A stretch of DNA of 64,000 nt. Source: Heptranchias perlo (taxonomy: Eukaryota). Below, one piece after another: positions 21,156 to 50,529 of the stretch (position 1 is its first letter; the number at the start of each line of letters is the position of its first letter). The position numbers and the translations under genes were made by a program. Location of the stretch: contig NC_090340.1 in assembly GCF_035084215.1 (NCBI RefSeq), forward strand, positions 15,624,001 through 15,688,000, in the 5' to 3' direction. The notes under the pieces were generated by a model that saw nothing but the letters and a program-made list of their open reading frames with translations, was not told where the DNA came from and did no database searches.

Positions 21156-21350
21156 GTCAGCGTGGAGTTGAACAGAATCCCAATCGAGCAGCGGCTGAGT
21201 CAGGGCACGTGCCGCAAAATGCCATGGCGTTTGGTTTGAAGAAATGATTACAATCCCAGGCTGATGGAAGCCACGCTACTGGCTCGGAGATGTTCAGGGA
21301 AACTGGACCTACACGTCCATGATCTTGTGTCTTTGATAAGTCCATAAATT

Positions 21351-37471
<16,121 letters not shown>

Positions 37472-37504
37472 GGCAACAGATACCGGACTCGAGACAAACG
37501 CAGA

Positions 37505-37582
37505 CCGCAACACCAGGGCCGGGCTCAGGACAAACACGGGCCGCAACACCAGGGCCGGGCTCAGGACAGACACGGGCCGCAA
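37505..37582. repeat. 36-bp tandem repeat in the NUDT21 5' UTR
   Basis: ccgcaacaccagggccgggctcaggaca(a/g)acacggg twice (37505-37540, 37541-37576) plus partial and degenerate copies on either side. Confidence 0.85.
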
Positions 37583-37714
37583 GCGAGGCTGCCTTCGCGC
37601 TTTAACCCGCACGCTGCACTTCCGGGTCAGAGAAAAGCGCCAAGAGGCCAAGTTACGTCATCAGCCGTGCGGCCAGACAGAGACGGTCCGCCATGTTTGT
37701 TATTAAAGCCAGTG

Positions 37715-37841
37715 TGTGGAGATGCCGGTGATGGACTGGGGTTGACAATTGTAAACAATTTTACAACACCAAGTTATAGTCCAGCAAATTTAAAATAAAA
37801 TTGCTGGACTATAACTTGGTGTTGTAAAATTGTTTACAATT
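37715..37841. mobile_element. Collapsed Penelope-derived insertion forming a perfect 41-bp-arm palindrome
   Basis: Starts tgtggagatgccggtgatggactgggg like the 7064 element. Arms 37747-37787 and 37801-37841. 13-bp target duplication attaaagccagtg at 37702-37714 and 37839-37851. Confidence 0.8.
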
Positions 37842-37974
37842 AAAGCCAGTGGTTGGGAGGGAGCTCAGTGGTGAGGGTGGTATTTACCAGGAGTGATGAT
37901 CATGTTTTATTTTAACTGCACATCACTCTTACAAACAAGCTTTAAGTGGAGTTGAGTTTGAACACATGGAAGTT

Positions 37975-38190
37975 CCTTAGAGAGGGTGCAGAAAAGATTT
38001 GCTAGAACAGTTCCAGGGATGAGGGACTTTAGTTATGTGAATAAACGGGAGAAGCTGGGGTTGCTCTCCTTAGAGTAGAGAAGGTTCAGAGGAGATTTGA
38101 TAAAAGAGTTCAAAATCATGACTGGTTTAGATAAAGTAAATAAAGAGAAACTTCCTATTGGTGGAAGGGTGGAGAACGAGAGGACACATG
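37975..38190 (+). mobile_element. CR1 LINE fragment
   Basis: ttagagagggtgcag...gagaagctggggttg...ggagatttgata as in the other CR1 copies. Confidence 0.8.
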
Positions 38191-38737
38191 TTGATTCTTC
38201 AAAGGGACTCAAGAGGCTGATATTTCAGGGCCCTCCTCTGATGCGGATCTGCTCCCTATTGCAAGGAGCGAAGTCATTTTGAGAAGTGGCAGAAGCACAG
38301 ACAGCAATACCGAAGTGTCCAATGTGCATCCCGTATTTTCATGAGTAAATGAACATGCATCATGCAACACCATTTGGTTGGAAGAATTGTTTAAGTGCAT
38401 GCCTTAAAAAATATAAGTAATACAAGAATTCCAGTAGTTGGTTCCAGCTGGAAGCTATGCCCTTCTAGTGCATGGCCATGTATGTTAGGCAATGAAAGAA
38501 CTATAAGTTGTCTGCGTGCTTTGCATGGGCAACAGTCAATGTGTAATGGATTGTGCGGAAACGTTGTGAGGCATGTATACTTTGCCCATCTACTTAGTAA
38601 GAGGTACCAGTGCGTAGCCTTACCTTGGCATATTTTCTCAGGTTGTCAATCACTTTTCATATCTGCTCCCATGTTCCTTAGCTGTTGGAGACAGCTTCCA
38701 GCCTTCATAGCACCTTCACCCAGGCTTCACTGCTCTT

Positions 38738-41700
38738 AGAACATAAGAAATAGGAGCAGGAGTAGGCTAATCGGCCCCTCGAGCCTGCTCCGCCATTCAT
38801 TAAGATCATGGCTGATCTGATCCTAACCTCAAATCTAAATTCAGGTCCACTTTCCTGCCCGCTCCCCGTAACCCCTAATTCCCTTTACTTCGAGGAAACT
38901 GTCTATTTCCGTTTTAAATTTATTTAATGATGTAGCTTCCACAGCTTCCTGGGACAGCAAATTCCACAGACCTACTACCCTCTGAGTGAAGAAGTTTCTC
39001 CTCATCTCAGTTTTAAAAGAGCAGCCCCTTATTCTAAGATTATGCCCCCTCTTTCTAGTTTCACCCATCCTTGGGAACATCCTTACCGCATCCACCTGAT
39101 CAAGCCCCTTCACAATCTTATATGTTTCAATAAGATCGCCTCTCATTCTTCTGAACTCCAATGAGTAGAGTCCCAATCTACTCAACCTCTCCTCATATGT
39201 CCGCCCCCTCATCCCCGGGATTAACCGAGTGAACCTTCTTTGTACTGCCTCGAGAGCAAGTATGTCTTTCCTTAAGTATGGAGACCAAAACTGTATGCAG
39301 TATTCCAGGTGCGGTCTCACCAATACCTTATATAACTGCAGCAATACCTCCCTGTTTTTATATTCTAACCCCCTAGCAATAAAAGCCAACATTCCGTTGC
39401 CCTTCTTGATCACCTGCTGCACCTGCATACTAACCTTTTGATTTTCTTGCACTAGGACCCCCAGATCCCTTTGTACTGCAGTACTTTCCAGTTTCTCGCC
39501 ATTAAGATAATAACTTGCTCTCTGATTTTTCCTGCCAAAGTGCATAACCTCACATTTTCCAATATTGTATTGTATCTGCCAAATCTCCGCCCACTCACCC
39601 AGCCTGTCGATATCCCCTTGTAGGTTTTTTATGTCCTCCTCACTCTCTACTTTCCCTCCCATCTTTGTATCATCTGCAAACTTTGATATGTTACACTTGG
39701 TCCCCTCCTCCAAATCGTTAATGTAGATTGTAAAGAGTTGGGGACCCAGCACCGACCCCTGCGGAACACCACTGGCGACTGGTTGCCAGTCCGAGAATGA
39801 ACCATTTATCCCAACTCTCTGCTTCCTGTTAGATAACCAATCCTCCACCCATGCCAGAATATTACCCCCAATCCAGTGATTCTTTATCTTGAGCAATAAT
39901 CTTTTATGTGGCACCTTGTCGAATGCCTTCTGGAAGTCTAAATACACTACGTCCACTGGTTCCCCTTTATCCACCCTGTACGTTATGTCCTCAAAGAACT
40001 CAAGCAAATTTGTCAGACATGACTTCCCCTTTGTAAAGCCATGCTGACTTTGTCTTATTAAATTATGTTTATCCAAATGTTCTGCTATTATCTCCTTAAT
40101 AATAGACTCCAAAATTTTACCCACCACAGATGTTAGGCTAACTGGTCTATAATTTCCAGCCTTCTGCCTACTACCCTTTTAAAATAAGGGTGTTACATTA
40201 GCAGTTTTCCAATCTGCCGGGACCTTTGCCGAGTCCAGAGAATTTTGGAAAATTATTACCAAAGCATCCACAATCCCGACTGCCACTTCCCTCAAGACCC
40301 TGGGATGTAAGCCATCAGGTCCAGGGGATTTATCCGCCTTGAGTCCCAGTAATTTACTGAGTACCAATTCCTTAGTGATTTTAATCGTATTTAGCTCCTC
40401 CCCCCCAGAGCCCCCTGTTTGTCCAGTGTTGGGATATTCTTAGTGTCCTCCACCGTAAAGACTGAAACAAAATATTTGTTCAGCATTTTTGCCATCTCCA
40501 TGTTTCCCACCATTAATTTCCCGGTCTCATCCTCTAAGGGACCTACATTTGCCTTAGCCACCCTTATTCTTTTTATATAACTGTAGAAACTCTTGCTATC
40601 TGTTTTTATATTTTTTGCTAATTTATTTTCATAATCTATCTTCCCTTTCTTAATCAATCCTTTAGTTACTTTTTGCTGCCTTTTGAAGACTTCCCAATCT
40701 TCTATCCTCCCACTAAGTTTGGCTACCTTATATGTCTTTGTTTTTAGTCGGATACTATCCTTAATTTCTTTACTTAGCCACGGATGGCTGTCATTTCTTT
40801 TACACCATTTTTTCCTCAGTGGAATATATATTTTTTGAAAGTTGTAAAATAACTCCTTAAATGAACACCACTGCTCATGTACCGTCTTACCCTTTAATCT
40901 ATTTTCCCAGTCCACTTTAATCAATTCCGCTCTCATACCATGATAGTCTCCTTTATTCAAGCTCAGTCCGCTTGTTTGAGAACCAACCTTCTCACCCTCT
41001 AATTGGATATGGCATGTAACCATGTTATGGTCACTCATTCCAAGGGGATCCTTAACTAGGACATTATTAATTAATCCTGGCTCATTACACAGGACCAGGT
41101 CCAAGGTTGCTTGCCCCCTTGTAGGATCAGTTACATACTGCTCAAGAAATCCATCCCTAATACAGTCAATAAACTCTTCCTCAAGGCTGCCCTGCCCAAT
41201 TTGATTTGTCCAGTTAATATGATAGTTAAAATGCCCCATAATTATAGCTGTTCCCTTATTACATGCCCCGACTATTTCCTGATTAATACTTCTTCCAGCA
41301 GAGTTGCAACTATTAGGAGGCCTATATACTACGGCCACTAGTGTTTTTTCCCCTTATTATTCCTTATCTCTACCCAAACTGTTTCATTATCCTGATCCTT
41401 TGTCCCAATATCATTTCTCTGTATTACAGTGATTCCTTCCCTTATTAACATAGCCACCCCACCTCCCCTTCCTTCCTGCCTGTCCTTCCTGATTGTTAAA
41501 TACCCTGGCATATTTAATTCCCAGTCGTTGTCACCCTGCAGCCATGTTTCTGTAATGGCCACAAGATCATACGCATACAAAGTTATTTGTGCCGTTAAAT
41601 CGTCCATTTTGTTACGAATGCTACGTGCATTCAGATACAGAACTTTCAAATATGTTTTGTTACATTTAGTTCCTGCTTTTTCCTTTTTTAACACTTTACC

Positions 41701-42680
41701 TTTTACTCCATACCTTCTGTCCCTTCCTGACACGCTTTCCTCTGTCTCCCTGCTCATGTTCCCAACCCCCTGCCACAGCTTTGATGCTGGGTTAATTGCC
41801 TTACGCCTTCTAGTTTTTATTTTATCTGTCGTGCCTAAAGTACACTTTCTTTCCGCTGCTGTACGCTTTTCCCTTTCACTTGTTCTTGAACAACTGTTTG
41901 TACTATTTGTATTGTAGATTTCCCCTGGGTCTTCCCCTCTCTTGCTGCTCTCAACTTTATTCCCTTCTGACTCCCCGCTCAGGTTCCCATCCCCCTGCTA
42001 CTCTAGTTTAAACCTTCCCCAACAGCACCAGCAAACACCCCCGCGAGAACATTGGTCCCGGTCCTGCTCGGGTGTAACCCGTCACGCTTGTACAGGTCCC
42101 ACCTTCCCCAGAACCGGTCCCAATGTCCCAGGAATCTAAATCCCTCCCTCCTACACCATCCCTGCAGCCACGCATTCATCCTGTCTATTCTCCTGTTCCT
42201 ATACTCACTAGCACGTGGCACCGGTAGTAATCCTGAGATCACTACCTTTGAAGTCCTGCTTTTTAATTTATCTCCTAACTCCTTAAATTCACCTTGCAGG
42301 ACCTCATCCCTTTTTTTAAACCTATGTCGTTGGTACCAATATGGACCACGACTACTGGCTGTTCACCCTCCCCCTCCAGAATGCCCTGCAGCCGTTCAGT
42401 GACATCCTTGACCCTAGCACCAGGGAGGCAACATACCATCCTGGAGTCACGTTTGCGGCCGCAGAAACGCCTATCTGTTCCCCTTACAATCGAATCCCCT
42501 ATCACTATAGCCCTGCCACTCTTCTTCCTCTCCTCCTGTGCAGCAGAGCCACCCGTGGTGCCCCGAACCTGGCTCTTGCTGCTTTCCCCTGATAAGCCAT
42601 CTCCCCCAACAGTATCTAAAGCAGAATATCTGTTTGAGAGGGAGATGGCCCCAGGGGACTCCTGCTCTACCTGCCTAGTC
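38738..42680 (-). mobile_element. Near-full-length CR1 LINE: ORF1 SGNH esterase part plus ORF2 (APE endonuclease and RT)
   Basis: ORF1: GDSIVRG, HIGTND, DGLH. ORF2: YLNARS, ITETWL, GGGVA, YRPP, SDH, then a 428-aa RT ORF with [10 protein letters not shown] and FADD. Confidence 0.95.
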
Positions 42681-44166
42681 TTCTGGACTTCTTCCCTTCT
42701 GGAAAGGCTGTCACCTAGGACTGAATAGGGCAATCCTCTTATTGCCCACTTCCCGAAACAGGAGCTCCACAGTTGCGTGTGTGAAGCAGGGTTTCCTTTG
42801 CTGGTGCTGCTCCATAGGTTCACCAGAAAATAATTTCTGGATGAATAGTTTTCCCAACCCCAAATAACATGTCCCTTTACATGGCTGCTGTAGGCCTTTA
42901 ATTTGCTTCAGTAGTGTTGGAATAGCCAACCTCCATTCTGAGCTCTAAGTGGTAGGTGAATTGAATGCCAAGATCTCTCACAGAAGAAGTAGTTACTCCT
43001 GAACTGAAAGTTGTGGCAGGAATAGCTATGAGAAGCATGTACTGGTGCATAGCTGGCTACTCACTATTCCTCCTACAAGAGTGCCAACCTTGGAAAATCC
43101 ACTTCTCTATCTCTCTGCTGGTCTCTAATTGTTTTTCTCAGTTTTTCCTTGCTTAATCTCGCTGTATCTCATCCATTTTCTTTGTCTCCCCTCTCTTCTG
43201 TTTGCTTTTCACTCTCTCTGCATGTCTCTCACACATGTTCTTTTATTGATTTAATAAGGCCATGTAAAATTGCAGCCCATATGATTGGAGGCAGGCACTT
43301 GGGTCATGTGAGGAGAGGCCATCAGTTAGCTGCTACATCACGCATGAGAAAGAGAGAAACTGGAGCCTGGGGCAGGGAGACAGCAGGGGTCTCAGGCAGG
43401 ATGAGAAGTGGGGAACTGGGAATGGGAGGCATTGGGAGCCAGGGTCCATGCAGGAAGGAAGTCTCAAGCCATGGGCTGGGATTGAGAAGGAACTGAGGTT
43501 TGGGGCTGGGAGGCCAGGTCCTGGGAAGGAGTGGCAAGATTGATGACTGTCTCCTGAATTGCTGACCAGCAGTCAGGAGAAAAAAAAGATTGACATGGTG
43601 ATTCTAGCACCAGAGATACTGGAACATAAGATCTGCAACCAGGTTCTGACTTACCGTTCAAACAATAAACCAAAATTGTCTTATCCACTGAAAGAAACAA
43701 TTGTTGAGAAATCTAGTCTCTGTAGTGCTGATGCCTATTGCAGGTTGCTTGCCTCAAAAACTTTGCCTGACGCCTCTTTCAGGGCCCTTACCTCAAAAGC
43801 TAAGGTTGGTTGAATGGCATGCACCTTTGTGGTAATAGGGTGGACTTTCACTTCTGCTCCTGTCCCCAATATGGCAATGCAGGATAGTCCCTACAGCAGT
43901 ACTGGGCATCAGCATATGTGCAGAACTCTCTCACTCATAGGTCATAGGTCAGTTTAGAAGATGGGAGATTCCATGTAACTATAAGTAGAAGCCTTCCATA
44001 ACTGAATGAATGTGCAGGCTTCTCAATCAAGCCTCCCCAGTCACTATGATACCAGATCTTTCTGGGAAACTGTGATTTGTAAACTTAGTGGGTACTGGTA
44101 GCTATGCAACAATATAAAAATACATTGTAGGGTAAATTGTTACTGGCAGTACAGCAATTATTAGCA

Positions 44167-44424
44167 ATGAGGAGGAATTTCTTCACTCAGAGGGTGGTGA
44201 ATCTTTGGAATTCTCTACCCCAGAGGGCTGTGGATACTCAGTCGTTGAGTATATTCAAGACTAAGATCGATAGATTTTTGGACACTAAGGGAATCAAGGG
44301 GTATGGGGATTGGGCGGGAAAGTGGAGTTGAGGTCGAAGATCAGCCATGATCTGATTTAATGGCGGAGCAGACTCGAGGAGCCGAATGGCCAACTCCTGC
44401 TCTTATTTCTTACTTTCTTATGTT
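44167..44424 (+). mobile_element. CR1 LINE 3' end
   Basis: MRRNFFTQRVVNLWNSLP...GKWS followed by the CR1 3' UTR. Confidence 0.85.
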
Positions 44425-44629
44425 CAAATTTACTCCCAGCAGTGATAAATTAAACCTTTAATAACTACTTTAGCATACTATGGGTCATTTCTCTAACTCT
44501 CTGCTCAATGATTTACCACAAGAGTATCAAGTGCAGTAAAGTACTTTTTATAATCCTCTTCTAATGAGCTGTATTGATGACCCCAGGAATGACTGCCTGG
44601 CTCAGTAACCATGGAGACTATCTCCATGA

Positions 44630-45340
44630 CGGCGTGATCTGCATCTTTCAGGGTGTTCTCTGACCTGCGATGACGCAGCACACGAATCACGTCCGGGTGT
44701 TTCCACACAACCACACCCCCCCCCCCTACTTTCGCGCGCACTTCGCGGCGACGTCACCGAGGATCGCTGGAGAATCAACGTCTCGAGCAAAAGCGAGAAA
44801 GTCAGGAGCGGGAGAGTTAACGGGAATCTCGCGGCCGCGTGTGCGCTCAGTCACCGGGGTAACGGCGGCGCGCCTGCTGCCCGCAGCTGACGGCCCACCT
44901 CGCTGCGACCATGCCGCTGCTTTTCCTGGAGCGCTTCCCCTGGCCCAGCCTGAGGACCTACACGGCCCTCAGCGCCGTGCTGCTGGCCGCCAGCCTCTTC
45001 AGCGCCTACTCCCACCTCAGCCTGCCGCCGGGCCAAGACCCGACCCCCGCCACGCGTCACCAGCCCAACCTCGGCGCTCCGACCCCCACCGACGCCATAA
45101 GCGGCGACCAGCTGATCGGAGCGGGCGAGGACAGCAGCGGTCGGGATGCCGGAGCGAACGCCGCGCAGCACAGGCCCCCGGAGGGTAACACGGATCATGG
45201 TGAAGCCGACCTGGGACCATCAAGCCGACCGGAGTGGGCCGACGGCCACGGACTCGCGCTGGAGATGGCCTGGTACTTGGTATCAGACGGCTGGTGTGTT
45301 TGGGTAAGAGTTTGCCCCTCTTTCCCCTCCCCGGGAAAAT
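44630..45340 (+). promoter_or_regulatory. AMFR CpG-island promoter
   Basis: GC/CpG-rich block around exon 1; E2F-like tttcgcgcgc near 44730 and CRE-like gacgtca near 44750. Confidence 0.75.
44911..45303 (+). CDS. AMFR: E3 ubiquitin ligase AMFR/gp78, exon 1 coding part (gene continues beyond the window)
   Basis: MPLLFLERFPWPSLRTYTALS...MAWYLVSDGWCVW matches the AMFR N-terminus. Phase-0 donor TGG|gtaaga, inside a CpG island. No exon 2 recognised up to 64000. Confidence 0.95.
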
Positions 45341-47849
45341 CTGTGCACCGAGAGAACTTTCTGTCTAAGGGAGGGAACTATTTACTTATTTAGGAAGGGG
45401 AGGAGTTTCTTTTACTTTTGGATTCCTCGCGACACAAAACTTGTACACGTGTAATTGAAATTTCAAAAGGAAAATTGCAAAAAATATTTCACAGAAGGAG
45501 CTTTTTAAATGTGGGAGCTGATAATTGGAATAAACGCACTGCTCCCAATGTCACTAGTCTGTTTCTGCACGTTCTGGTCATAATTCACTGAATCAGTGTT
45601 AGATTTTCAATCGATGTCCATATCTAGCCGACTTTGTCTTTGGGATGGAAACAAATGTTTTGATTCTCCGCTCTTGGGTGTTTATTTGTATTCTGTTGTC
45701 CTGGGGACCTTCACTTTAGATGCCAACAGCATCTAACAGCATTTTCCCTTTAAAAACAACATACGTATAAACCTTCAAGTCAGTTGTCTAAATGAATAAT
45801 GCAAGAGTCACTTACGGTAAATAGTCTTTGAAACAGAAGTATCGACATTGTAATCTTGCTGTGTACAAGGTTTGATTCTGAGAAAACTGACGATCCATTT
45901 TGTCTTTCAATATTGGGTTCAGTATGTACTTATCAGTTTTAGGAAGTGTCCTATAGTCAGTTAGTTGAGAAGTATGACTAAGATTTTAAATATCCCATGA
46001 ATATTTTGGAAAGTGTTTCAGGCTAGAATGAATGTGTGAGAAATGGGTGAAAACAGTGAAAAAGACTTGAGATTTATATGATTTAGATATCAACCTTACC
46101 CTCACATCGTGGTGAGCAAATCGCCTGTAAATGCCCTTCTAACTACTTGTGCATAGCTTTAGGAAAGAAGGAATTGCGGTGTTACGCTGGTTAATTTCCA
46201 AACTCTTGACAGATTTAAGATACATATAATCATTACACATATGAGCTTCAGCATTGAAGAATTATTCTGTAATGCAAACTTCAACTCGGCAGCAACAAGA
46301 GGGAGCCAAATAAATGTTTCAGCTATATTAGTTGGAGATGGCATTTCAAGCCAAGCTCAACCCTTTGTGATAAATTGGGTAAGGATTTATTCCATATGTA
46401 TTAAATAACTAGATCTTTAGCCTTTTTTCCTTTCCTCTCCTGAAGGTGGGTACTTGTCCAAGTGGGTCAAATTACTCAGGGTCAAGCTTGATTATGATAC
46501 CAATCATACCCTATGCCTACACATGTATACACTAAACAGATAAGCTGGATAGTGATCAGAAGCCCTAGGTATTTTTTCTCTTTTCTTACCTTAGCCTTTG
46601 TGTTTATATGCAAATTCTAGTGCCCCATACTGCTTCCCTAGCCAAGATTAGCTAGCTTTTCATAGATCAGGGATTGAACCTGGGACTTCCCTGGTATATA
46701 TCGTACTACATTTGGATGAGGAATGTATTCATTGAGCTGTTAGATACCTGTCCATTAAGTGAGTTTGGAATGAACTCACTTAATACCCTGTTCTTTCCCT
46801 ACCACTGCTCCACATGTAGTTAGGAGGATATTTTTCCAGTTTGCCAGGTGGGATCCATTCTAGAATTCTTGTGTCTCTGGTTAATATTTGTAAGAACTGC
46901 TTTGCCACAGGCAGTGTACTTGAGTGACAGATGGTCCGCAAGTGTTGTTCCAGTATTCATAAAAGGAGTGGTACATGAACTTGGAGATCAGTAAGCCTGA
47001 CCACCATTGAGGGGAAAGCACAAGAGCATTCTTTGGGATAACACCGGTGCTCACTTGAACAGCATAGAATTCTAAAGAGGAGACAGCATTCATTTAAAAG
47101 CAATAGATATTTCCTCCCTATTCTACTTGAATTTGTGGAATAGATAACTGAACTGGGGAGTGAGGGCTACCTAGTGGATATTTACTTTCAGAAGGTATTT
47201 GGTGGAAGTTTCACTTGTCAGGCTTTTGAATAAATTCAAACATTAAGCTTTTAAAAAAGGTAGAGTTCATGGAATTAATGGGACATTATCTAACTAGATT
47301 GAAAAGCAATTTGGCAGTCTGAAATAGAAGAGCTGATGATTGAAATTTTTTGCCAGTTTGCTTACTTCAACGTGGGAAAAAAAAGTTTGGCAGGTGGTGG
47401 GAAGGAAAATGATTCAAATTGGTCAGGTGTTTCTGATCTCCTGACACAGTTAATTGTGTGGTCAGTTGTGTTAAATGAAGTCTAGATCCAAACTCTCTCT
47501 TTCTTCCCTTCTGATAGCACTGATGTATGCTGGAGATCAAGGAAAATAGATAAACAGCATTTAAAGTGTTCTAAATCAATTAAGCAGAAGGGTTGAGAAT
47601 GGTGTATGGATTTATTGCCAACATATAATGTAAGAAATGCATGTTGGAACGATAAATGTGTACTTGATGAAGGAATGTCTAGTGGAAAAATATTTGAATG
47701 TGATTATTAATTATTCACTGAAAGTTTCTAATCTGAAGAAGTAATCAGCTAACCTAAACAAACACTAGGATCTATCTTGAAGGCTTTTAGTTATGTCAAA
47801 CAAGTTATTCAAGCCTTGTATAGATCATTTGTGAAGCAAGGTTTGGGTG

Positions 47850-48935
47850 TCCGACTTTAAAAAAAAATCATTGTTGCATTGGAGAAGGGTCGGAGAAAGG
47901 AAAGGATGGTTCTAGAGTTTAGGTTATGAGTGGAGATTCCTGGACCAGAACCTGTTTGCAACGAACAAAAGGTTGATAGGAGACACGATCCAGGTCTTCA
48001 AAATGTTGAGAAGCATGGTTGCCAGCCTAACCCTGATGTGAAGGTTATTTGTCTGACTTGGATTGTGAATGCAAAACTGGAGGACAGAGGCTTAACATTA
48101 ACAAGTGCCAAGTGAGATGAGATGAACTCCCCTCACCCCTTGCCAGAATACTGGCTATATGGAAAAGATTCCTAACAAAAGCAATTCATTCAGGGTTGAT
48201 TAACTTCAAATAAAAGCTGGAGAAATTTAAGAGTTTTTTGAGGAAGTAATGGAGCGTATTGTGTATTTGGATTTTAAAATGCATTTCATAAGGTGCCACC
48301 TAGGAGGCTTAAAATTAAGTTACATAGTATTATTGGGAGTGTGACAGCATATGTAGGAAGTTGTTTAAAAGGAATCATTGAGTAGTGGCTAACGAATGTT
48401 TTTTGCACTAGCGGGATATAAACAGTGATAACTCTGAGGGTCAGTGTTGGGACCATTGCTCTTTTCAAGATACCTGAATGGTCTGTACTTGGTATTGTGC
48501 CCATTATACCCAAAATTTTCTGTGGTCACAAAAATAAGAAGTTTGGTGGTGAGCTTTGAAGAAGATTAAGCGACTTCAGGAGGACATAGACAATGGAAAT
48601 TGGACAGATAGGTGTCAGATGAAATTTAATGCAGAGAAATGCGGGGTGTTACATTTTGGAAGGAAGGATAAGGAGTGGACAAATACACTAAATGCTAAAA
48701 CTTTAAAAGGCATAGAGAAGCAGTGAGTTAAGGGTTCAGATACCCAAATGTTTGAGTGGTAGAACAAGTTGATAAAGCTATTTAAAAAAAAAACGCTCGT
48801 ATGGGAAATCTAGGTATTATAAAAAGCAGCGTAGGAAAAAGGGCACAGGAATGGGACTAAGTGGCTCTATCAGAGAGCCGCACAGGTGTAATAGGTCGAA
48901 TGGCCACCTTCTATGCTGTACGTTTCTATGATTTA
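47850..48935 (+). mobile_element. Old degraded CR1 fragments
   Basis: aatgcatttcataaggtgcc, gggtcagtgttgggaccattgct and 3' UTR remnants. Confidence 0.6.
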
Positions 48936-50529
48936 GAGAACAGAGTTGAAGGTTTTATGGGTAAATATAGAGTTATACAATCAAGTACATGTAGGATAAA
49001 ATAGCTCCCATGCTACTGGGGGAAGGATGTTGGCTGTGAAGAACAAATGCCCAGGGTTGAATATTGGAGCGTAATGAGAATTGAGGAGTTTTAAATGACC
49101 TTTGGAGGTTAGGGACTATTTATGCAGAAATTTCCCTTGGGAGATTAAGTAAGTGGGATAGAGTCAATGATTGCGTAGATCGTATGTGTGCAGAAGAAGC
49201 AGATTTGATGGGCTAATTGGCCTTTTCTTACTCCTTGCTATCTTAGGTTGGTAAGCTATTCCAGGAACATGCACATGCAGTTCAACTTGTAGGGTTTTAT
49301 ATAGCCTGGACATAGCTGTGCTAAATTGGGCACTGTGATGCCAATAATATGCTGAGGAAGTAGTCGAGGTGTGAAAAATAGTCCTTGAAGGGTTGATCAT
49401 TTTCAGCTCAAGTTATTTGTTGCCAGACCTGGTTTAATGACTTGCTGAAACTGAATGCAAACCATATTTTTGGTGCCCAAGACCAGTTTTACTTTGGGCT
49501 ATGTATTGGTCAAGAACTGCAAATATGCTGCTATATGACCTTCTGTTCTCCAGTTCAGAACGTTGCCTGGCAGAATTAGTGTTCCATTAGGAGGTATTAC
49601 TATTTAGTTGTAGCAGTTGTTCATATGGATTTGGCATAATAAAAAATGTTGCAAGTCAATGAGACCAGCATCTCCAAAACTCAGTAGCCTTAAGGTTACC
49701 TGCAGCTTTGTCTGCTGAAATTTTGCCATGGTTGTAAAACAATAACACTGGCTGCTTTTGTACTTTGGATGGCCTGTGCCAACTGAATGTCACACTGCTT
49801 TTGTGCCTGGATAAGAAGTACAATTGATTAAAGTTTATAGAGATTGTATGCCGCTCACTGCTATTGGAGGGTTTTTCTTTTTGGCCAGTTGGGTATCTGA
49901 AATGCATAGAAAGCCATGTTTTAATCTCTTAAACCATGTTACAGAGAAACCCACAGAGGTAGAGTTTCTGCTAGCTCAATAATGTGTGCACACTGTTTTC
50001 CTATAGGGACACACCTCAGTTACCAAAGTCTGTAGAGAGCTTAGGTGTTGGTTGGCAAGAGCCCTTACTTAGTTTGAGTGTGTGCAGGGTAGTGCTAGAG
50101 TTCAATCAGCTAAGATCACACACCCAACTAGTAAAGCATTGGTAAGCATCCTGCAGCTTATCCAGCAATAACTACCTTACGCAATAGGGCATTGGCTTGC
50201 AGTGTTATTTATAGCTGAGTGGGAAGAATTCCAGTCTCCAATGATAGGCTGACTCCTCCAGGTTCCATTAGTGAGCCCAGCTGACTGGTTAATTATCAAC
50301 AGTGCCCTTGAATGCTGTAGACCTCCATAGCTTAAGTATCGGATTGGCAGATCTGACGCAAAGATTTGATTTGAACTTCCTTCACAGACATGTCTTCTGA
50401 GCCACTTTGACCTGCTGCTTAATTCCCTTCTCTTTTTCTCCTCTTTCTCCCTCTTTTTCCCCCCCCCCCCCACCCCCCCCCCATACCTCAAGGATGATAA
50501 TGACTAGTTAGTAATTAACCAACAATACT

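Noticed and set aside
44670-45223. Overlapping ORFs on both strands at the AMFR start
   Set aside because: Expected in a GC-rich CpG island with few stop codons; no recognisable domains.
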